Shown here: in pieces, positions 15,853 through 20,374 of the stretch
How positions within the stretch are numbered: the first letter of the stretch is position 1
Layout of the letters: every line of letters begins with the position of its first letter
DNA from: Candidatus Bathyarchaeota archaeon
GTDB taxonomy: Archaea > Thermoproteota > Bathyarchaeia > Bathyarchaeales > Bathycorpusculaceae
DNA length: 20,374 bases
Direction: 5' to 3'
Assembly (NCBI GenBank): GCA_963770935.1
Contig: CAVYRJ010000002.1
Location: 1 to 20,374, forward strand
Notes under the pieces: model-generated
What the model saw: the letters and a program-made list of their open reading frames with translations, nothing else
Databases searched by the model: none
What the model was told of the DNA's origin: nothing
Made by a program: the position numbers and the translations under genes

Positions 15853-16144
15853 GTATCACAACTAAGATTTTACTCTTAACAGATTAAGTGGGTGTTCCTG
15901 CGAGGGAACTATTCGAACGCGTGAGGTGTACAGTTTTTGGATTGCATTTAGGCTTTTATAGTTTACCCAAGAAACCCTCTAATAAAAAAGCAAAATAATT
16001 CCTTTAGGAAGACTTTTTGTTCGTTCTATTGCATAAAGAGTAGTGATCTTTTTCATCATTAGAGTTTTAGTCTAATTAAAAAATACTCTTAACGAGCAAA
16101 AAAAATTGAAAAGTGACCCAAAATTGCTGAACGTCTTTTCTTTT

Positions 16145-16158
16145 GACAAAATTTAAAA
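16145..16158 (+). promoter_or_regulatory. Putative BRE-TATA for the large surface protein gene
   Basis: GACAAAATTTAAAA ~35 nt upstream of GTG 16193. Confidence 0.35.
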
Positions 16159-16192
16159 GCTGTAGACAGCAACAATTATAAAGGCGAAAAAA

Positions 16193-19100
16193 GTGAAATG
16201 GCTATTTTTCAGTTCAGTTGCCAGCAAAACAATCTTAGCAGTGGCACTAATCGCAGTTTTAACTGCGTCCTTATCAGTCGGCATATACTTAACCGCTTAT
16301 TTACCCAGCCAAACTAGCACGCCCGATAATCCTTCTCCAACACCCACTTCAACAACTGAACCCTCAATAACTCCACAGCCAACCATGCCTTCGCCTACTG
16401 CATCTCCCAAGCCTACCAGTTCACAACCATCCTATACTCCGCAACCTACACAAACAGCCTACAATCCGCAACCTACACCCACACCTACGCCGACACCTAC
16501 GCCTATTCCAACTCCTCCGCCGGTTGGTCTGCTGGATGATTTAACCGACAACCAAAAAGTAAAACTTCAAACAGCCTCACACGCTGCAAACGGCAACTGG
16601 TCAACAAGCTTTGAGATCGCTCCGCCCACGTGGACTGCTGGCACAAAGGTTAGGATTGCAGCTGCACTCAATTACTCTCAGGAGTTGTTGAGTAATTTCA
16701 AACTCACCTATCCAAAAGTTAACAGCACATGTCTTCTCTTAACTGCAGAGAGAGATTTTGATCCTTTAGGATACCAGCACACTCCATGGGATGAATCAGT
16801 CTCCACCATCCTCACACCTTCAGGGCTCCCAATCGAGGGAGGCGGCAGTGCATCAGTCTCCAGTTACACAGGATATACCCAGAAAACACCTGTAGATGTG
16901 ATGGTTGAGGTGCCAATAGCCAATTTTTCGCTTGACAGCAGTGGACAACTATATTCTGGAAAGTTATTGACTAACTTTACCTTGCCCCAGAACCTGCCTC
17001 CTGGAATCTATAGATTAAAGCTGGATTTCGGCTTCAAATCTGGTAGCAGCAGGTACAACTTCAACAGCGACAGCATAGGAGGGAGACCTAAAGACTTAAA
17101 CAATGTTTCATGTGTTTTCTCGCCGCCAATACCTGCAAGTGGAATTAACGCCGCTGGAAAGTGGATTGATGGTTCGCAGATTAATCGCAGAAGCTATTGG
17201 GCGCTCCTTTGGGATTACAACTCTAATGGTTATCGAGGCGTAGTAGCCAAAGAAGATGAAAGCAAAGTAGCAATTTCCCCACGCAACTTAATCCATGACG
17301 AAATCATCCTGCCCCGTTTTAGCTCAAGTGGCACAGCGTTAACTTATAATTTGGAGCCGACATTCCTTTTAGACAATGCTAACTCCCAGCGCAACATTCC
17401 ATGGCGCTACGACCATGGAAACTGGTCAGTGAAGATAACTTATCCGAATGGAACAGTCAAAGATTTGGGGACAGCTATCTTTTTAGCTCGAAGAGGCAAC
17501 GGAGCAACCACCAAAAACTCTAGCTTCACCGCTTGGAAACCCCCAACATACGGGAACTATACAATTGAGGCTAAAGGCTGGATTGAAGACGCATGGGGCA
17601 ACCGCTATGAAGGCGGCGGAAACTACTCCTTCTGGATTGCAGAACGCTTGACTTTGGCTACGGCGACTTTTCAGGGACAACCTTACAATGTTGGAAACCG
17701 TTATGGACGGGATATGGCGTTCAACCCTCCAGTGGCAGCCAACGTAACCGTCAAAGCATCCCTCTACTTCGACTCTGACCCTAACAACATATCCACAGTC
17801 GTTTCGACTGGGCAAGCTACATCTGGTGGAATTTTCGGGGCAGCACAAGGACTAAAACCACTCCCATTAACTGCGCCAGGAGAATATTATGCAACTGTAA
17901 TTGCCACTTACTGGGACACTCAAGGCACGCTTTGGGTTTCGGCAATGCGACATGCAGGAGTTGTGTACCCATTGGATTCTTCAATTGAAGCTCATGGAAA
18001 GAAGATTAGTCTTCCTGGAGGAGTTATTGCAGACCGCGGCCAAAAGCGTTGGGAAGGATATACTCTACCAAATGGCACTTCTGTGCTGGACCACATTAAT
18101 TTCCCCTACAACTCCTATGATGTTCTCTTGATTGCAAGTGAGCAGCAAGGTTCTAACAAAATCGAGCCTGTGTTAACTTATATGGTGAAAGGGAGCAATG
18201 CAACCTACAACTCAACCTTGCAGACCATAGGCAGATCCAATACCATAATTAAAACAAGCAACGGTTTATCCCCAGAAATGTTCCCAGAATACATAACCGA
18301 CCTACAATACTTCTACGGTTCAGCCCCAAGACCAGGATTTAACTCGAGGTTCATCGTTTCCCACGACAACATTCGTGCACCCTATTGGCCTACCAGCCCC
18401 AATACTTTCGGCGGACAAATAAGCGCCTCAAACAACGGAGACTTACCTGGAGACATCTACCGCCTATTGGGTGGGGTTGTTTTAAGAAACAACGGTCAAA
18501 AGCCGGCGTATGCAGGTTACCAAGCTAGCGCCTTCATACTGCCCAAAGGCACCAACAACAACCGCATAATAGGACCGGGAAATGAGGATTTGCCAAGCCC
18601 CGACGGGATTCCTGCTCGATTCTTCCTAACGCCCCTGCGACCTGGAATGGTTTACTCCGTTGGCGCAACCTTCGGTGCTGTGCTGCAGATTGACCCTGTG
18701 GTTCCATGCAACGTACACTTTACGCTAACCGCACCAAACGGTACAACCTTTGTTACGACAGGCATCGGTGACCAATACGGTTACTTTGTAGCTGTAGACA
18801 AGTGGCTCTTAGATAAAGCAGGGTTATGGGTTTATAACGTGACTGCAACGTGGAATAACACTCAAGGCAGAGTACCTGGCATGCCCAGTGAAGGAGGTTG
18901 GGTATTCGTGCTTGAAAATGGACCAGCTCCAGCGAGTGGAATGAAGCTCAACATGACAGCTAGACAGACTTTTTCACCTACAATTGGGCTTAACATTACG
19001 GGAAACACTACTTCTTCCAAAGTCTATTACGCAGCTATTATTCCAGGCGCAGTCTTAGAAGAAGGGATCCTACAAGTCAATAACGGCACGTTCCAATACA

Positions 19101-19294
19101 CTTTTGACCCACAAAGGATGGCTGACAAAATAAAAACCTACGACATCGTGAACTTAGTTAATGGGAAACCGGAGATTGGACGCGTGGTGCATTTAACGTT
19201 CTTCTCTGAAGAGCAAGGAGCCAACGGAGGTTATCATTCGTTTGCGAGGGTTGTTTTGAGGGGAACCACAGCATTATACGTTAAAGAAAGATAA
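16193..19294 (+). CDS. Large uncharacterised membrane-anchored/secreted protein (1033 aa) with P/T/S-rich stalk and probable beta-sandwich domains
   Basis: Uninterrupted ORF with an N-terminal hydrophobic helix (ILAVALIAVLTASLSVGIYL), a P/T/S/Q linker at ~aa 38-110 and about 23 N-x-S/T sequons. The body is rich in G/Y/W/T/N. Confidence 0.85.
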   Translation: MKWLFFSSVASKTILAVALIAVLTASLSVGIYLTAYLPSQTSTPDNPSPTPTSTTEPSITPQPTMPSPTASPKPTSSQPSYTPQPTQTAYNPQPTPTPTPTPTPIPTPPPVGLLDDLTDNQKVKLQTASHAANGNWSTSFEIAPPTWTAGTKVRIAAALNYSQELLSNFKLTYPKVNSTCLLLTAERDFDPLGYQHTPWDESVSTILTPSGLPIEGGGSASVSSYTGYTQKTPVDVMVEVPIANFSLDSSGQLYSGKLLTNFTLPQNLPPGIYRLKLDFGFKSGSSRYNFNSDSIGGRPKDLNNVSCVFSPPIPASGINAAGKWIDGSQINRRSYWALLWDYNSNGYRGVVAKEDESKVAISPRNLIHDEIILPRFSSSGTALTYNLEPTFLLDNANSQRNIPWRYDHGNWSVKITYPNGTVKDLGTAIFLARRGNGATTKNSSFTAWKPPTYGNYTIEAKGWIEDAWGNRYEGGGNYSFWIAERLTLATATFQGQPYNVGNRYGRDMAFNPPVAANVTVKASLYFDSDPNNISTVVSTGQATSGGIFGAAQGLKPLPLTAPGEYYATVIATYWDTQGTLWVSAMRHAGVVYPLDSSIEAHGKKISLPGGVIADRGQKRWEGYTLPNGTSVLDHINFPYNSYDVLLIASEQQGSNKIEPVLTYMVKGSNATYNSTLQTIGRSNTIIKTSNGLSPEMFPEYITDLQYFYGSAPRPGFNSRFIVSHDNIRAPYWPTSPNTFGGQISASNNGDLPGDIYRLLGGVVLRNNGQKPAYAGYQASAFILPKGTNNNRIIGPGNEDLPSPDGIPARFFLTPLRPGMVYSVGATFGAVLQIDPVVPCNVHFTLTAPNGTTFVTTGIGDQYGYFVAVDKWLLDKAGLWVYNVTATWNNTQGRVPGMPSEGGWVFVLENGPAPASGMKLNMTARQTFSPTIGLNITGNTTSSKVYYAAIIPGAVLEEGILQVNNGTFQYTFDPQRMADKIKTYDIVNLVNGKPEIGRVVHLTFFSEEQGANGGYHSFARVVLRGTTALYVKER
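16304..16522 (+). repeat. Pro/Thr/Ser-rich low-complexity coding repeat
   Basis: Three (T/N)PQPT units and PTPTPTPTPTPIPTPPP. Confidence 0.8.
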
Positions 19295-19314
19295 AGATGG
19301 AAGGCTGATTTGCA

Positions 19315-19875
19315 GTGAAGCGAAAAAAAATTGCAGTAATTGCAGGAATAATTTTGCTTCTACTTTCAGCTTTTTCAGCTCTTTTTGTTTTGTTTTTGGG
19401 TGGTTTGGCTGCTCCAAAAACAGATGAAACTACACCACACTACCTCACTTATAAGGGAAGCGAGAGCAAAATTTACATGATTTCCTCATCCTCAACCTTC
19501 ACGCTTATCAACCAAACATATACGTCAGAAGATGGACAGCAAATAGCCAAAGGAAGCCATCTCTACACAATTGAGCTCACGCTCCGCAATGATTATTCAA
19601 GCGAGAACCCGCCGCCATCAACTGGAACACAGACAGCACCAATCGACGGCACTGCCTACATACATCTAAAGGCAACCCTGCTATACAATGATGTGAGCGT
19701 TCCCACAATAAATCTATCACAATCCGATTTTTCTGTGTCATCATCAGATGAAACAGCGTTAGTTTTAGCAAGCGGACAAACAAACACAATCCAACTGCTC
19801 CTAGCAACAAACCAAACAAAAATCACCGATTTTCTCATACACATGACTTCGTTGAGTGATAGTATACCTCGTTAA
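19315..19875 (+). CDS. Hypothetical N-terminally anchored protein (186 aa)
   Basis: KRKK followed by a long hydrophobic helix, then an S/T-rich extracellular region with beta-strand-like pattern (LYTIELTLRND). It starts 20 nt after the 1033-aa gene. Confidence 0.75.
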   Translation: MKRKKIAVIAGIILLLLSAFSALFVLFLGGLAAPKTDETTPHYLTYKGSESKIYMISSSSTFTLINQTYTSEDGQQIAKGSHLYTIELTLRNDYSSENPPPSTGTQTAPIDGTAYIHLKATLLYNDVSVPTINLSQSDFSVSSSDETALVLASGQTNTIQLLLATNQTKITDFLIHMTSLSDSIPR

Positions 19876-19966
19876 CCTTTCAGATTGAAGATGACCTGCA
19901 GTGCGATTTGTTTATTTTTGACCTTCTAGAGTATGCTAGTGCAACTCAATCAGGAACCAGAACATT

Positions 19967-20374
19967 ATGTCAGACAAAAACGAAAAAATCACTATGCTGC
20001 ATGGTGCTGGCGGCTCAGTCATGCACGATTTGGTCAAGAACCACATTGTGAAGTATTTTGGCGGTCTGGGCTACGAAGCAAAAGTCCCATTAGAAGCAAT
20101 GGATGATGCCAGCAGTCATCGGCGACATGGTCTTCAAAAGTGATTCCCACGCTGTTAAACCCATATTTTTCCCAGGCGGCGACATCGGGCGCTTATCGAT
20201 TTCAGGTACCGTTAACGATATTTCATGTTTAGGAGCTGAGCCTTATGCGTTGGCTTGCGGCTTGATCTTGGAAGAAGGTTTAGCTATAAGTGATTTAGAG
20301 AAAATATTTGGCAAGCATGCGGCAAACGTGCATCGAAGCTGGCGTAGGCATAGTTACCGGCGATACAAAAGTAG
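19967..20374 (+). CDS. hypE: Hydrogenase maturation protein HypE, N-terminal part (runs off window), two apparent frameshifts (~20111, ~20307)
   Basis: Manual translation MSDKNEKITMLHGAGGSVMHDLVK...PLEAMDDA/AVIGDMVFKSDSHAVKPIFFPGGDIGRLSISGTVNDISCLGAEP...ILEEGL...LEKI/LASMRQTCIEAGVGIVTGDTKV. HG.GG, P.FFPGGDIG.L...GTVND and TGDTKV are HypE signatures. It is not in the ORF track. Confidence 0.93.

Noticed and set aside
15865-15940. H/ACA guide RNA or tRNA call for the intergenic hairpins
   Set aside because: ACA precedes the T-tract, but no convincing basal stem, pseudouridylation pocket, K-turn or cloverleaf could be built; kept only as an unclassified candidate.
16304-16522. Repeat array or CRISPR-like structure
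   Set aside because: An in-frame Pro/Thr codon repeat inside a long ORF, with no constant repeat and unique spacer pattern.
17483-19844. Short ORFs overlapping the surface-protein genes (17483..17848, 17901..18131, 19577..19819, 19656..19844)
   Set aside because: Fully nested in longer credible genes, with no motifs or RBS support.

Overview
Archaeal chromosomal window. The ribosomal protein set (eS4, eL19, eL32, RNase P Rpp29, DUF106) and the protein style suggest a TACK-group, Bathyarchaeia-like organism; this is an inference. The core is the minus-strand S10/spc-type ribosomal protein cluster: uL22-uS3-uL29-rnp1-uS17-uL14-uL24-eS4-uL5-uS14-uS8-uL6-eL32-eL19-uL18-uS5-uL30, then uL15-secY, then DUF106-cmk. 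Three departures stand out. (1) A ~1.3 kb insertion between uL30 and uL15 carries an opposite-strand YegP/DUF1508 gene and an atypical, very basic Hsp20 whose stop overlaps the uL15 start. (2) Five ribosomal proteins have long low-complexity K/A/P/E tails. (3) The usual neighbours uS19, adk, eL34 and eL14 are absent. The left flank holds an AIR-synthase-family gene end, a GT2 glycosyltransferase and a radical SAM/SPASM-type enzyme. The right flank holds an uncharacterised 1033-aa membrane-anchored, sequon-rich surface protein, a small anchored partner and the start of hypE. At least 8 single-base frameshifts, including in essential uL6 and eL19, point to sequencing indel errors rather than pseudogenes. 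No tRNA, rRNA, CRISPR array or mobile element was recognised.
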